In this document: one piece after another, positions 24,666-37,315 of the stretch
Position numbering within the stretch: position 1 is the stretch's first letter
How the letters are laid out: each line of letters opens with the position of its first letter
Assembly: GCA_951804945.1 (NCBI GenBank)
Contig: OX638151.1
Location: 73,222,001 to 73,286,000 of the forward strand
Direction of reading: 5' to 3'
Origin: Podarcis cretensis
Taxonomy: Eukaryota
DNA length: 64,000 bases
Position numbers and translations under genes: made by a program
Notes under the pieces: generated by a model
Told to the model about the DNA's origin: nothing
The model's database searches: none
The model's input: only the letters and a program-made list of their open reading frames with translations

Positions 24666-25014
24666 GGGACGCGGGTGGCGCTGTGGGTAAAACCTCAGTG
24701 CCTAGGACTTGCTGATCGTCAGGTCGGCGGTTCGAATCCCCGCAGCGGGGTGCGCTCCCATTGCTCGGTCCCAGCGCCTGCCAACCTAGCAGTTCGAAAG
24801 CACCCCTGGGTGCAAGTAGATAAATAGGGACCGCTTGCTAGCGGGAAGGTAAACAGCGTTTCCTGCTCGCCAGATGCAGCTTGTCACGCTGGCCACGTGA
24901 CCCGGAAGTGTCTTCGGACAACGCTGGCCCCCGGCCTCTTAAGCGAGATGGGCGCGCAACCCCAGAGTCGGACACGACTGGCCCGTACGGGCAGGGGTAC
25001 CTTTACCTTTACCT
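24666..25014 (+). mobile_element. Full-length Sauria SINE with 15-bp TSD
   Basis: GGGACGCGGGTGGCGCTGTGG head, B-box GGTTCGAATCC, (ACCTTT)n tail; TTAATAGCTAGGATA at 24651-24665 and 25015-25029. Confidence 0.93.
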
Positions 25015-25580
25015 TTAATAGCTAGGATAGCTGAATTCATGCACCAGTGATAAGAATGACCTTGAAATTATTGAAGCTAAGAAAAAACAATCTAACTGAG
25101 AAAAAAGTAGTCATGCTACTTTAGAAGTGACTTAGTGCATTGTTTTCATAATGCATCAAATTAATAATGAGTGGCATAGTAAGTCACTCCACTTCTAATT
25201 TTAAGGTATAAAATCTATGTCACTTTATGTCAAAGCTCTGAATTGCCCTTCCCAGCAGTTTCATTTATATATTAAGTAACATACAGGACAAGGCCGTGGT
25301 GTGGAACAGTAGTCCCCCAGCACCACATTCTGGATATGGTGCAACAGAAAGAACAAAAAATAAACCAAGGAACAACCCATTCAGGTGGTCCAGAAGGATA
25401 CTATGGATTATTACTGGACTTAACCTTAACCTTATGTTAGAAGCCTCCAGGAGAACTAATAGGGCTGCACATCAATTTATTAGAGCTGCAAACTGTTGAT
25501 TACTGCCTTGAAAGGTTTTTTTTCTAGAGCATCCTTTAAGACTTTTAAGATTTTTGTACATTTATTATTTGATTTTAAAG

Positions 25581-25722
25581 CTGGAAAATGATTGATTACT
25601 ACACAAGCCGTGTCCGTGGAAATCTCCAGCTGTTAGAACAAGTGGACTTAATTGGCAGAACAAGTGAAATGGCAAGGCTTTTTGGAATTCAGTTCTTGCA
25701 TGTATTAACAAGAGGATCGCAG
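25581..25722 (+). CDS. REV3L: REV3L exon (WKMIDYY...TSEMARLFGIQFLHVLTRGSQ)
   Basis: ttttaaag| acceptor, CAG|gtaagc donor; TRGSQ motif of Pol zeta. Confidence 0.96.
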
Positions 25723-26252
25723 GTAAGCTGTCCTTAATATTTTTGAGAAGTTGTTGGGACCTCAGAATTTTTTTCACATGTTTTGAACCTTGGAAGTTTT
25801 CACAAACAAGGGGTCATTTCTAAAAGACATTAAAAATCCAATTGCCACTAGCCTTGCTGCTTATTAGGAAAATAATATTAAATGTATAGCCATACTAGAT
25901 CAGTATTTTTATTTGCAAATATAAGAAAGAGAAAAGAGGATGAAAACATTGCCAGCAGACATTAACAGTAAGAATACATCAATTATAATTTAAACATACA
26001 GGTCAATATAAGCAGTTTCTGTGCTCCAGTGGGTATCTAAACAAGACTGGCAGTTAACAAGGCATGCATTTGAATATAGAAAAGAAGTGAAATCTTCTGT
26101 GAAGTAGTAGACAGTGGTTGTAATGTCTTTTAACCACCATAAAGGCTCACAAAGTCCACTTATATTGTCCGTTAGTCCCCACACCACAGGAATATATTTT
26201 AAGAATATATGAACATTCAAAAGTATCAGTAATTAATGTTTTTCTTTTGTAG

Positions 26253-26497
26253 TACCGTGTGGAGTCAATGATGTTACGTATTGCCAAACCAATGAATTAC
26301 ATTGCTGTTACACCGAGTGTCCAGCAACGAGCTCAAATGAGAGCACCTCAGTGTATTCCTTTAATAATGGAGCCAGAATCCCGTTTCTACAGTAATGCTG
26401 TCCTTGTACTAGATTTTCAATCTTTATATCCATCTATTGTGATAGCATACAACTACTGTTATTCCACATGCTTGGGACATATTGAGAACTTGGGAAA
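26253..26497 (+). CDS. REV3L: REV3L exon with polymerase motif A (VLDFQSLYPS)
   Basis: ttgtag| acceptor, AA|gtaagt donor; ORF 26259..26501. Confidence 0.98.
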
Positions 26498-27165
26498 GTA
26501 AGTATTAAATATTTAAAATCTAGATGCATTTTCTCTGCTACTTAATAAGCACTTGAAAGATCAAATGGAATACATTTAGCCCACCACTTCTCAAACCATG
26601 CAACCAGGAAGTTGTTTTTCTTGTAAAAAAAAGTTGTCGTCTGGGATTTTTGTAATTCTATTAATCTACTTCTTGGCTGCAGAGACAAAACTTGTGAACA
26701 GCATTTTTGAAATATACAATTTTAGAAGTGCATCAAAACAAGTGTGTAACTCTGCATGTGTGTGTGGATTCAGTCTCCCATACATGCATACCAAGGAATA
26801 CGTAGATGAAATATGGGAAGAAAAGGTGTGTTTCAAATATATATATTGCAGATGATACAAGGATTCAGTGGGGTGGATGTTGGAAGGTGGGCACACTCCA
26901 ATATGATTATCTCTAAGGAAATATTTTGTTAATATTGATCTTTAAATTGTAAGTTATTTGCTGATAAGAACATAGGAGAGCTTGCTGGATTACAAAGAGA
27001 AGGCTAGAGCATGAGAGAGACTAAGAGATACAAATCTGATATAAAATTAAAACAGGTACTGTATTTATGCTGCCATAGCACTAAATAGTGTGTAGCATGG
27101 GATATGAATAGCAGTTAATCTGTGATGTTACTTGAGGGTTCCGTACACTTTGTCTTATCTTCCAG

Positions 27166-27274
27166 ATACGATGAATTTAAGTTTGGCTGCACTTCTCTGA
27201 GAGTATCTCCTGATTTGCTATATCAACTTCGTCATGACATCACAGTGTCACCCAGTGGAATTGCTTTTGTTAAG
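27166..27274 (+). CDS. REV3L: REV3L exon (YDEFKFGCTSLRV...GIAFVK)
   Basis: ttccag| acceptor, AAG|gtaatg donor. Confidence 0.95.
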
Positions 27275-28109
27275 GTAATGCTTTATTCTTCTTGTTGACA
27301 TTTTATCTTTAACTTGTTATTTCTACTTCCATCTTGCTTTCCGGAAGAAAAAAGACACATGAAATGTAAATATGTTAAGCATATTAATAAACACAGTATC
27401 TACAGTAGGAATGGGGAACCAGCCAGCAAGGCCATTTCACCAAAGCCATGCTCGCCTGTCAATCAGCTGACATCACTCCAATAATATCAGGTGATGGGTG
27501 AGATGGCAGGGTTCCATTCTGCTTTAGGTATGCTCCTCCTCCCCGCCCAGTTCTGCGTGCACAACCAAAGCAGGATTTAACCCATACTTGTTAGCTGATG
27601 CAGGGAGTTTAAATCCTGCTCAGTTTGGCTGTTTCTGGGAACAGGCACCTGCAGGTTAAGCAGCAGGATTTAACCCACTATTCAGCTGATGAGCAGAGAG
27701 TTTGATACTGTTTGGTGCTTGCTTTGTCAGCACACATTCCCTGCTATGAACACCACCCCACAGATCAACTTTGACAAGTGGGTGGGACTGGCCACCTACC
27801 AGTCACTTGATCAGATGATTGACAGATGGGTGGCTCTGACTCAGCTGTCAAAGTTGTTGCATGAAAGTGGGGGCAGACAAAGCTCTGGCCCACTGGGGGG
27901 GGGGAGAACTCATACTCCATCTTAACACCCAGAGGGAAAAATTACCTGGTTACCAGTAGTGTAAAAATTATCTGATAAGCTGCATTACAAACATTTGACC
28001 CAACAGTGGTCTACTGTAAACCACCCTAAAATAAACAGTATTAATGTTGCTGCTAAACATATATTTTTATTATTAAATGTTAATTTTTAATGGTGTTGTT
28101 TTTGTGCAG

Positions 28110-28316
28110 CCTTCAGTAAGAAAGGGTATATTGCCAAAAATGTTAGAAGAAATTCTGAAGACTAGAATCATGGTGAAGCAATCAATGAAAGCTTATAAAA
28201 ATGACAAAGCCATCACTCGAATGCTTGAAGCACGTCAGCTTGGCCTTAAGCTCATAGCAAATGTCACATTTGGTTATACGTCTGCTAATTTTTCTGGACG
28301 GATGCCATGTGTAGAG
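28110..28316 (+). CDS. REV3L: REV3L exon with polymerase motif B (RQLGLKLIANVTFGY)
   Basis: gtgcag| acceptor, GAG|gtaagt donor. Confidence 0.98.
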
Positions 28317-28370
28317 GTAAGTGATGAAAGTAAAGTGTAAAGATATTTCAGAGACAAGAAAACAACAATA

Positions 28371-28787
28371 ATAATAATTTATTATTTATACCCCGCCCAT
28401 CTGGCTGAGTTTCCCCAGCCACTATGGGCAGCTTCCAATTGAGTGTTAAAAACAATACAGCATTAAATATTAAAAACTTCCCTAAACAGGCCTGCCTTCA
28501 GATGTCTTTTAAGAAGAATATAGCTGCTTATTTCCTTCACATCTGAAGGGAGGGCGTTCCCCAGGGCGGGCGCCACTTCCAAGAAGGCCCTCTGTCTGGT
28601 TCCCTGTAACCTCACTTCTTGCAATGAGGGAACCACCAGAAGGCCCTCGGCGCTGGATCTCAGTGTCCGGGCTGAACGATGGGGGTGGAGACGCTCCTTC
28701 AGGTATACTGGACCGAGGCCGTTTAGGGCTTTAAAGGTCAGCACCAACACTTTGAGTTGTGCTCAGAAACTTACTGGGAGCCAATGC
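28371..28787 (-). mobile_element. L2-clade LINE 3' fragment
   Basis: ORF 28463..28750 VLTFKALNGLGPVYL...RTLRS...RAF..VAP.L.N.LP is a typical L2/CR1-group ORF2 C-terminus; A/T-rich tail. Confidence 0.88.
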
Positions 28788-29447
28788 TCCCATTCTTCTT
28801 CACTATAATACCTACATTAAGGCAAAAGCTGATTCTTAACCTCAGTTCTCTGATTGTAAAATAGGAACAATGACTTCAGAGGGTCCTGAGGAGGACATGC
28901 AATTAAAGATTTATAAACACCTTAGGTTGAATCCAGAGTTACACAAGCATAAGACCACTCATGCCACAAGGCTTTCCTGCTGCTCCTCTCTTGTGCCCAC
29001 TTGAAAACTACTCTGGAAGACTGAGGAGACTGTCCTGCACAATGTGAAAAGGCAGGCTGGGAGCAGGCAATATTGGTAGAAATTGGACAAGGGAACATTG
29101 CTCCCATGCAGCTCCTGGGCCCAAGCCCTTGAAATATCTATATGCATGCTTACTAATAACTTGCAGTTGCTATTTCCTCTTGATGAATGCATCAATCCAC
29201 AGAGCTATTTGGACACAGTCAAGAGAGTTTGACTTTTCTTATTTTTAAAGTTATCACGCACATGCCTTCCGCAAACTTCAGCACAAATTGCTTTTGAAAC
29301 TTTTGTCTTATGGAGAAGAAGTGGGCTGCTGTTAATCAAAAAGATCAAACTTTCTACAGGGTTTATAGAATGAGTTACAGAACAATGATATATGCATAAT
29401 CTGTCCACAAGAAAGATTTTATCAAGGTTTGTCTTTATATTTTGCAG

Positions 29448-29557
29448 ATTGGTGATAGCATTGTGCACAAAGCCCGAGAAACCTTGGAACGAGCAATAAA
29501 ACTGGTGAACGAAACAAAAAAATGGGGAGCACGGGTTGTATATGGAGACACAGACAG
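29448..29557 (+). CDS. REV3L: REV3L exon with catalytic motif C (YGDTD-S, the Ser codon is split by the intron)
   Basis: ttgcag| acceptor; IGDSIVHKARETLE...VVYGDTD AG|gtaatt. Confidence 0.98.
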
Positions 29558-29844
29558 GTAATTAAAACTATTCTTTTGTTTGGGAGACTTTCCAACCAGT
29601 AATATGTCATTGACTGCCTTTCCTTCCCTTACCAGAAATTAGTAGATTTGTAATATGCAACCTTTAAAGCAGAGTAGGAATTTAATATGCAAAATAGGTA
29701 TGCTAGCTGGAAGAAACATTTGTTTTCTCAGCAGCAAAATTATATATTTTGAATGCAAGGAAAATGTGTTTTTCCTGCAGCAGAAGTGAGGGAAGAAAGC
29801 CTGAACAACAGCAATTGTAAGTTTATTTCTTGCACACACTTTTT

Positions 29845-30385
29845 TAAATTACATTTTTATACCGCCTTTCATCCAAGGACCACAAAGCGGTTTACAATAT
29901 GAATACACAAAAATATATAACATAATAACAAACAAAAATAATATCCCAAGCACAGTTTAAAAGGCCATCATTATTTAATTAGCTGATGACCTTGGAGAAG
30001 AGGAATGTGTTTGCCTGGTGCCTAAAGATAGGTAACGAAGGCACCAGGCAAGCCTCCCTGGAGAGAACATTTCATAAACAGGGAGCCACTACAGAAAAGA
30101 TCTGTTTGTGTTGTCACCCTCTGGACGTCTCATGGTGGAAGCAGATGAAGAAGAGTTTCAGATGATGATTGTAGAGTCTAGGTCTGCTCAGATGGGGAAA
30201 GGCGGTCCTTGAGGTATTGTAGTCCTGAGTTGTTTAAGGCTTTATAAGCCAAAACCAGCACTTTGAGTTGGGCCCAGAAACTAATTGGCAGCCAATGCAG
30301 CCAGGCCAGGATTGGCGTTACATGCTCTTTTCCTGATGAGCAACCTGGCCGCTGAATTCTGCACCAGCTGAAGTTTTTGAACCGT
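29845..30385 (-). mobile_element. L2-clade LINE 3' fragment, degraded
   Basis: Homologous to 28371-28787 (TTTAAGGCTTTA...ACCAGCACTTTGAGTTG). Confidence 0.78.
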
Positions 30386-30657
30386 CTTTAAAGATGACTT
30401 CTGTTCTACTAGGATTAAGTTTCATTTCACCATCCCACATCCACTCCATTACAAACTTCAGATATATCTCTTCTGTGTATTTATCTTGGATTTTTATGTT
30501 GTGAACTGCTCTGAGATCTATGGATGAAGAGCACTATACCAATTTAATAAATAACAAATATCAATTGCTTACCTGTTCATTTTCTGTTTTTAGTCACAAG
30601 GAGAGAGAAAAAAGTTGCCATACTTTTGGAATATTTTTAGAGTGGGAAAGCTAAATA

Positions 30658-30895
30658 CAGTGGTACCTCTGGATACAAACAGGATCCGTTCCAAATCCCC
30701 ATTCGCATCCTGAAGTGAACGTAACACGCGGGTCGCGATTCGCCGCTTCCGCATATGCGCGTGACGTCATTTTGACCGTCTGCGCATGCGTGAGCGGCGA
30801 AACCCGGAAGTAACGCATTCTGTTACTTCTGGATCGCCGCGGAGCGCAACCCGAAAGCACTCGACCTGAAGCATATTTAACCCGAGGTATGACTA
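30658..30895. mobile_element. Tigger/pogo-like MITE, CpG-rich palindromic interior
   Basis: TA|CAGTGGTACCTC ... GAGGTATGACT; internal GCGCATGCG/GCATATGCG symmetry. Confidence 0.85.
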
Positions 30896-30927
30896 GTCAT
30901 TTCTTGATTTCCCTTATCTTATTTCAG

Positions 30928-31042
30928 CATGTTTGTACTACTGAAAGGAGCTACCAAGGAACAGTCTTTTAAGATTGGCCAGGAAATTGCTGAAGCTGTA
31001 ACAGCTACCAACCCCAAACCAGTAAAACTGAAGTTTGAAAAG
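30928..31042 (+). CDS. REV3L: REV3L exon (MFVLLKGATKEQSF...PVKLKFEK)
   Basis: atttcag|C ATG acceptor, AAG|gtaaga donor. Confidence 0.97.
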
Positions 31043-32959
31043 GTAAGAGAAATCTGAGTGTTGCCTGACTGCAACATTTAACAGGACACCTTTCCAGAAA
31101 GTGACATAATGAGCAAGTTAAGAAATAGATATTTGAAACAAAGTGTTAAGAGAAGAAGGAATCTGGATGGGAAAGCAAACCTGGGAAGAGCTGCTAGCTT
31201 ACCACTTAAAGAAACAAAACCAAAAAAAACAAAGACTGCCTATAAAAATGCACCTACGCCAAGCAGGATTGAACTTTCCATGCATCAGTGCATGCACAAC
31301 AGTCCTGCTTTCTGCAGGAAAGCCAAGCTACATCTTTGCCTGCCCCACACAAAGGGGGGCACACATGAACATAAAAATACAGTGAGTGTGTGCACACTCC
31401 CCCTACAAATGAATGCAATTTTGTACAGAAATTGCACTGAACTTAACAAGCTTTGACTGAGGCTTTTCCACTATTGCTCTTCATTGATTCACTGCCACCA
31501 ACCTCATTGACATGTGGAGAAAGGCCGGTGTCCTTAGTGACCTTCATCACACAGCTGTTCTGCTTTGCTGCAGGACATCAAACCCAGAACAAAAATTTCC
31601 CATTTTCCTCTCCAGAAGGGATTTGTGAGAGGGTACTAATATTAGAGTCCAGCTCTGGGGTTTCTTGGAACCTGCCCAAAAAGTCAGTAATGAAGGCGAG
31701 ATGGCAGTGTCATGGAATAGGTGGTTTAAAACTGCAAGGAAAGATCATACTTCCCTCAATTGGATTTAAATGCCTATTTTACAATCCATCACTTTCTTTT
31801 GTTGTCAAACTGATTTTCCTTCTCTGTCTTTTCCTTCTGCTACACTTCCCTTTGTCGTCTTTATGCCTGACGGCAAGGCCCGTAGGGAGAAAATATTTTG
31901 TCAGAAAAACTTGACAAAATAATAAAACAAATAAAATTGCATGGTAAATGGTTTTTGAACTCCACAGTACCCAAGGGGTCAGAGAATGTTCTGCATTACA
32001 CTTCTGTCCATGTCTGTGACGAGAACCCGCTCGCCATCCGTAAATAATCAGTCTCACACCATGATGGGTTGCAGAAATCTGGCCGCAGCTCTCTCTAGAA
32101 GCTGCTGGAGCACAGCCTTTATTGTGTGTCCACGAAAAGATACAAATTCAAGGAGAGAGCTTTGCCTCAGTCAGCAGATAAAAGACCATACAATATATTA
32201 GTCTCATGTTCTCACACCAGACCACGTATTTGATCATGCTATGCTACGTGGACCAATCATTGGATGGCATGAGCTCTCCACGCGTTGATCATGCTCCAAG
32301 CAATGCTTTCTACTATGAAATCATCCTTGCAATAATGAACTTTTGCCCATGCTCTTATGGACAAATGACCATATTCCCACATGTCTGGTGGTATTATGAA
32401 TACATTTGCAGTTCTGCCTAGCACAGTGATCAGGTTGATTGAATCATAACATAACTTAAGATGTTTGTACATTAATTGAATAAGGACAAAGATGTACATT
32501 TAGAGATTAACAAACATCCAGCCTAATTTTTTCCCAATTTAGGAAAAATGAAACATTTTTTCAAATTTAGAAATCAATCTGCTCTAAATGTACCTAATAT
32601 GCTTGAAAATATTTTATGGTTAACAGAAACTCTTTCAGTGCATCCAAGTGTTTACATGTACACAAGGAGGGCTTTCATATCCTCCCTTCTAGCCCCTAGT
32701 CCACACACAAAAAGAGCTCTTCAAATGGCTGTTTTTGAAGCTTCTCTGAGTTGAGAAAGCCTGTCATGCATGCACAAATTTATCATCTCGACCTCTCGCT
32801 TAGGGCCTAAAATAGAGTATGTTGCTTAGTAATGTAGATATATAGTTTATGGGTGACTTGGGTCTAATTATGAGCAGTAAAGAAGAAAAGCGTTCAGTCC
32901 AGAAGTTTGCCTGCATTTCTCTTATATCTAGACTTGCAGAGTTTTTCTTTGCATTGCAG

Positions 32960-33097
32960 GTCTATTTGCCATGTATTTTGCAAACCAAGAAGAGGTATGT
33001 TGGTTACATGTATGAATCACTGGAACAGAAGGACCCAGTATTTGATGCAAAAGGCATAGAAACTGTTAGAAGAGATTCTTGCCCTGCTGTTTCCAAG
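32960..33097 (+). CDS. REV3L: REV3L exon (VYLPCILQTKKRYVG...KGIETVRRD)
   Basis: ttgcag| acceptor, AAG|gtaaag donor; KKRY and KGxE motifs. Confidence 0.98.
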
Positions 33098-33273
33098 GTA
33101 AAGTGGCACAGGCATTTTATTGTGTTCAGAAGTTCTTTTTAGTACAGTATCAGTTCCACATATTGGGGAAGGGGACTCCAAAAGTGAAAGTTGAGGGATT
33201 CAGAATGGGAATGTTTAAAATGCCTTCGGTGTTTCAAATGACTATAAAATCTTTTTTAATACACTTTTTTCAG

Positions 33274-33464
33274 ATGCTTGAGTGTTCTATCAAGTTGCTG
33301 TTTGAAACACGTGATATAAGTCATATCAAGCAGTATGTGCAAAATCAGTGCATGAAATTATTAGAAGGGAAGGCCAGCATGCAAGACTTCATATTTGCAA
33401 AGGAGTACAGAGGAAGTTCTACATACAGACCTGGAGCCTGTGTACCAGCTCTAGAAATCACAAG
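33274..33464 (+). CDS. REV3L: REV3L thumb-domain exon (MLECSIKLLFETRD...ALEITR)
   Basis: ttttcag| acceptor, AAG|gtaata donor. Confidence 0.96.
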
Positions 33465-33645
33465 GTAATACGGATATATAATGAATGGCACTGTGAGATC
33501 ATTTTAGTTTATATTAAATCATTGTCGTTATGGGAGTTCAAAGATGCGTTAAATATCTACTACAGAAATTTATGCTTCTAAGAATATCAGGATTTTATTA
33601 CATTAAAATATAAAATATGGATCAGTGGGAGCTCCTTAGCTGTAG

Positions 33646-33710
33646 TCCCTGCATTGAAGGGGTTTGGACTAGATGGCCCTTGGAGTCACTTCCAATGGGA
33701 CAGTTCTGTA
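33646..33710 (+). mobile_element. Degraded CR1 3' end
   Basis: GGGGTTTGGACTAGATGGCCCTT...TTCCAA resembles 57461-57548. Confidence 0.65.
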
Positions 33711-34030
33711 GATAGATATATTTTCCATCAGCCAGGTCCTAAATACATCCACAGCTTGTTCTGCACTCCTCCTTCAGAGGGGAAAGTGTGAATAGTGGTT
33801 CTGTCAGAGGCTGCAGACTTTGGGCAGAAGTATGGGGCCTCATAGCGCTCAACTTTGAAGGGGGGGACTAAGAGCCCCAAAGTAGTAGATGATTGTGGGC
33901 AGAAGCAAGAAGAGGGGTGCTAAGCGAGGAACACACACACAGGTGTGGGGGTCCTGTTTGTGAGACTGGAGGGTTTCCTCAAATAATGAGAAGTGCCTCT
34001 GGCTGACCCATCCTCCCATATAACAAAATA

Positions 34031-34353
34031 CAGTGGTACCTCGCAAGACGAAATTAATTCGTTCTGCGAGTTTTTTCGTCTTGCGATTTTTTCGTCTTGC
34101 GAAGCACGGATTTTGGAAAAGCTTCAAAAATCATGAAAATCTTCAAAAACCTCAAAAAAGGCTACCGCACCGTGTGCTATGAGTTGCTCCTCAAAGTCAA
34201 GTCGCAACAGCACCCCCTGAATGCACGGTTTTAAGAAAAAGGAAACAAACTTGCAAGACGTTTTCGTCTTGCGAAGCAACTCAAAAAACGAAAAACTCTT
34301 TCGTCTTGCGAGTTTTTCGTCTTAAGAGGCATTCGTCTTGCGAGATACCACTG
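34031..34353. mobile_element. Tigger/pogo-like MITE, same TIR family as 18445-18798
   Basis: TA|CAGTGGTACCTCGCAAGACGAA ... TTCGTCTTGCGAGATACCACTG|TA. Confidence 0.92.
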
Positions 34354-34798
34354 TATAGCAGAATACAGTATAGTGCAAATTTAGCACTTTTTTGCAAAAA
34401 GATTTTTTTTCTGGAAGCAAATAACATGAAAATGAGCCCCAAACCTCTTCTGTTTCTGGAAGTGGCTTTTATGTCATGTGAAAGCACAAATACAAAGCAG
34501 AAATCAACAGTCTGGGAAATGTAGGGGGAAATGAATAAACCACTGTGAACACAGCCTCAGCCCTAAGGTGCAGTGGTGAGTATAAACATGTCCTCACTTT
34601 CTAGAATTATTTTGTGGTTGCATAAGGTGCTGTTTCATTTTATCCTTTGTGTTTAATGCTGCTGTGCAAACTGGCAAGACTGATAGGAAAGTTGTAAGAA
34701 TATATGGAGATTATTATAGGAGTTGAAACAGGTACATAGATCTGTCTCTCTCATTTGTGGGCCATATATTTTGAGATTGATTTTATTTGTCCCAACAG

Positions 34799-35045
34799 GA
34801 GGATGCTTGCCTATGATCGGCGGTCTGAGCCACGAGTTGGTGAAAGGGTGCCCTATGTCATTGTGTATGGCGTGCCGGGGTTGCCTCTCATACAGTTGGT
34901 TAGGCGGCCAATTGAAGTTCTACAGGATCCAAACCTGCGTCTGAATGCCACTTACTACATCACCAAACAAATTCTTCCTCCGCTGGCTAGAATCTTATCA
35001 CTTATTGGCATAGATGTTTTCAGCTGGTATCATGAATTACCAAGG
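34799..35045 (+). CDS. REV3L: REV3L exon (RMLAYDRRSEPRVGERVPYV...ELPR)
   Basis: caacag| acceptor, AGG|gtaagt donor. Confidence 0.97.
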
Positions 35046-35110
35046 GTAAGTTGGTGAAATAGTAAATCTGGATATGGCTACAGCTGGAATGGAGTTTTTA
35101 TAGATAAGTA

Positions 35111-35322
35111 CAGTGGTAACTCAGGTTAAGAACTTAATTCGTTCTGGAGGTCCGTTCTTAACCTGAAACTGTTCTTAACCTGAGCTACCACTTTAGCTAA
35201 TGTGGCCTCCCGCTGCCGCATGATTTCTGTTCTCATCCTGAAACAAAGTTTTTAACCCGAGGTACTATTTCTGGGTTAGCAGAATCTGTAACCTGAAGCA
35301 TCTGTAACCCGAGGTACCACAG
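35111..35322. mobile_element. Tigger/pogo-like MITE
   Basis: TA|CAGTGGTAACTCAGGTTA ... TAACCCGAGGTACCACAG|TA; near-identical to 57928-58153. Confidence 0.9.
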
Positions 35323-36069
35323 TAGTTTAAAACAGTTAGTACTTCTCCTGGTTACTGAATTGGCTCTCCAACTATCAGTGTTATTCAACCAAATGGAGAG
35401 GGTGGAGGGTATTCCTACCAATGTGAGCCTGTGGCTGCTGTGGGAGGGAAGGTCCAGTTACCTGATGAATCACTAACAGGTTTGGGGCAGGTTAACAAAT
35501 AGATTTTCCTTCCAACCCCTATCATTTGATGCAAGACTTACTAGGAAGAGGGTGTAGGAAAGACTACCCATAGTAATAGCAATGCACAATAAAGAAAGAA
35601 GAAAGTAAATAAAGCAAAACACACACCTACAGGTTATGTATATGCAGACAAGGAGTTTGCTTGCTATAGACCCAAACCTCAGATTGTTCATACCTCTGGT
35701 TCCCACCTAGAATTAGTTGGCCAAATGGGAAACAATGTATCTAAGGTGGATTTCCACAACACATTAATAGGGCTGGCTTTCATCCATCCTGATATGAACA
35801 ACCTTGTGTGTGGGCAGCCTCTCAAGAACGGTTTCACTTAGCATGTGGAGCTGATCTCAAAATGGGTGTTCAGCTCCACCTAGTGGTAATAGGAAAAATC
35901 TCAGCTCCAACAGTTTTGAATGGACTTGTTGATATGTTTTGATATGTCTTTGGGAACATAGGATGCCAAGACCCAGTAATCTTTAATTTGAGAAGGTGTA
36001 AATTTGATCAACGTATGTTGGCAAAAATAGTTATTACTCATATGTATCAAATATTTTAAAATCCTGCAG

Positions 36070-36279
36070 ATCCAGAAAGCTGCTACCACATCCCACAGCG
36101 AGCAGGAAAGCCGAAAAGGGACAATTTCCCAGTATTTCACCACTCTACACTGTCCTGTGTGTGATGAATTGACTCAGCATGGCATCTGCAGTAAATGTAG
36201 GAGCCAACCACAGCATGTGGTAGTGATTCTTAATCAAGAAATTCGAGAGCTGGAACGTAAACATGAACACCTAGCCAAG
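36070..36279 (+). CDS. REV3L: REV3L exon with CysA zinc site (CPVC...CSKC)
   Basis: ctgcag| acceptor, AAG|gtaggg donor. Confidence 0.96.
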
Positions 36280-37174
36280 GTAGGGGAAATCATCTTTTAT
36301 CTTGCTTCTAATAAACTTGAACCTAAAAGAAACTTTTCTGAGGTGGAGGAAACAGCACCTTTTGTTTTTTAATAGTTAAGTATAACATGTTCCCTAATAA
36401 GCAAAATAACGAACTTTCACAAAAGCATGAAAAAGTGCTATCAGAGAAACTGGCAGGCTAATGAATGACCTTTTAATACAAAATTATGTTGAACTCCCCA
36501 TCATAAAGATCTTCCTTTTATGTGACGGATTCTGTTTGTACAGAAATTAAATCTGACTAAATTTGGTTGTAAACAGGTTTATTAAGCCACTCTTTTATCA
36601 AAGGATCATTATCCAGTTTCCACTTTGAAACTGCTAGAATTTCTGCCATTAAATGTATATTCCCCACTGTTCTGTTAATTTCAATATATTATTTAATATT
36701 ACCAAGAAGTACCAGGATTTAATGGAACTGTACTCTCATAAATATTTTCAGTGTATTTATGTCCAGTATACCTTAATCCCATATATATAGCTGAAACCAA
36801 TCTTATCTGCAATGCAGCTTTTGCCATTTATAAATCTCTTACCTTGCCAGATGCATGATACTAAAATGTTGAGTCAGCTAGAATTTTTGTTAAAATATTC
36901 TCCATTATTTATGCTTAATTTTTTCCTTTGAGTGAATGTGAGCTCCCTCCTGCAATGCAGGAAAAGGCTGTTTTCCCATATGGGGATCCAACCTGTAGCG
37001 TGGGCATCGCTGCTGTGTTTTTATGGGGTTGGTTGATTCTGGCCTTTCTGTCCCTTTCTCTCGAAAGCCCATTCATTTCCTACAACCCTCCTCACATTGT
37101 TTTTAGTGTTGGTCCCATCTCACCTTTCTTCTAGTTATGTGAATTTTACACCACTCCATTTTATGTACCTCTAG

Positions 37175-37315
37175 ATATGCAAGAATTGTACCGGCTGCTT
37201 GGAGCGACAGATACCTTGTGTTTCACTGAATTGTCCTGTACTTTACAAGGTCTCAAGAGTGAGCAGAGAATTATCCAAGGCACCGTATCTTCGCCAGCTA
37301 CTTGATCAATTTTAG
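37175..37315 (+). CDS. REV3L: REV3L terminal coding exon with CysB [4Fe-4S] motif (CKNC...C...C), ends LRQLLDQF-stop
   Basis: ctctag| acceptor; 47 codons ending TAG at 37313-37315. Confidence 0.97.
   Translation: MCKNCTGCLERQIPCVSLNCPVLYKVSRVSRELSKAPYLRQLLDQF

Noticed and set aside
24666-24745. tRNA gene
   Set aside because: A/B-box head belongs to a Sauria SINE with tail and TSD; no cloverleaf
31109-31914. ORFs of 115 and 153 aa as nested genes
   Set aside because: No recognisable domain, splice structure or codon signal; intronic chance ORFs
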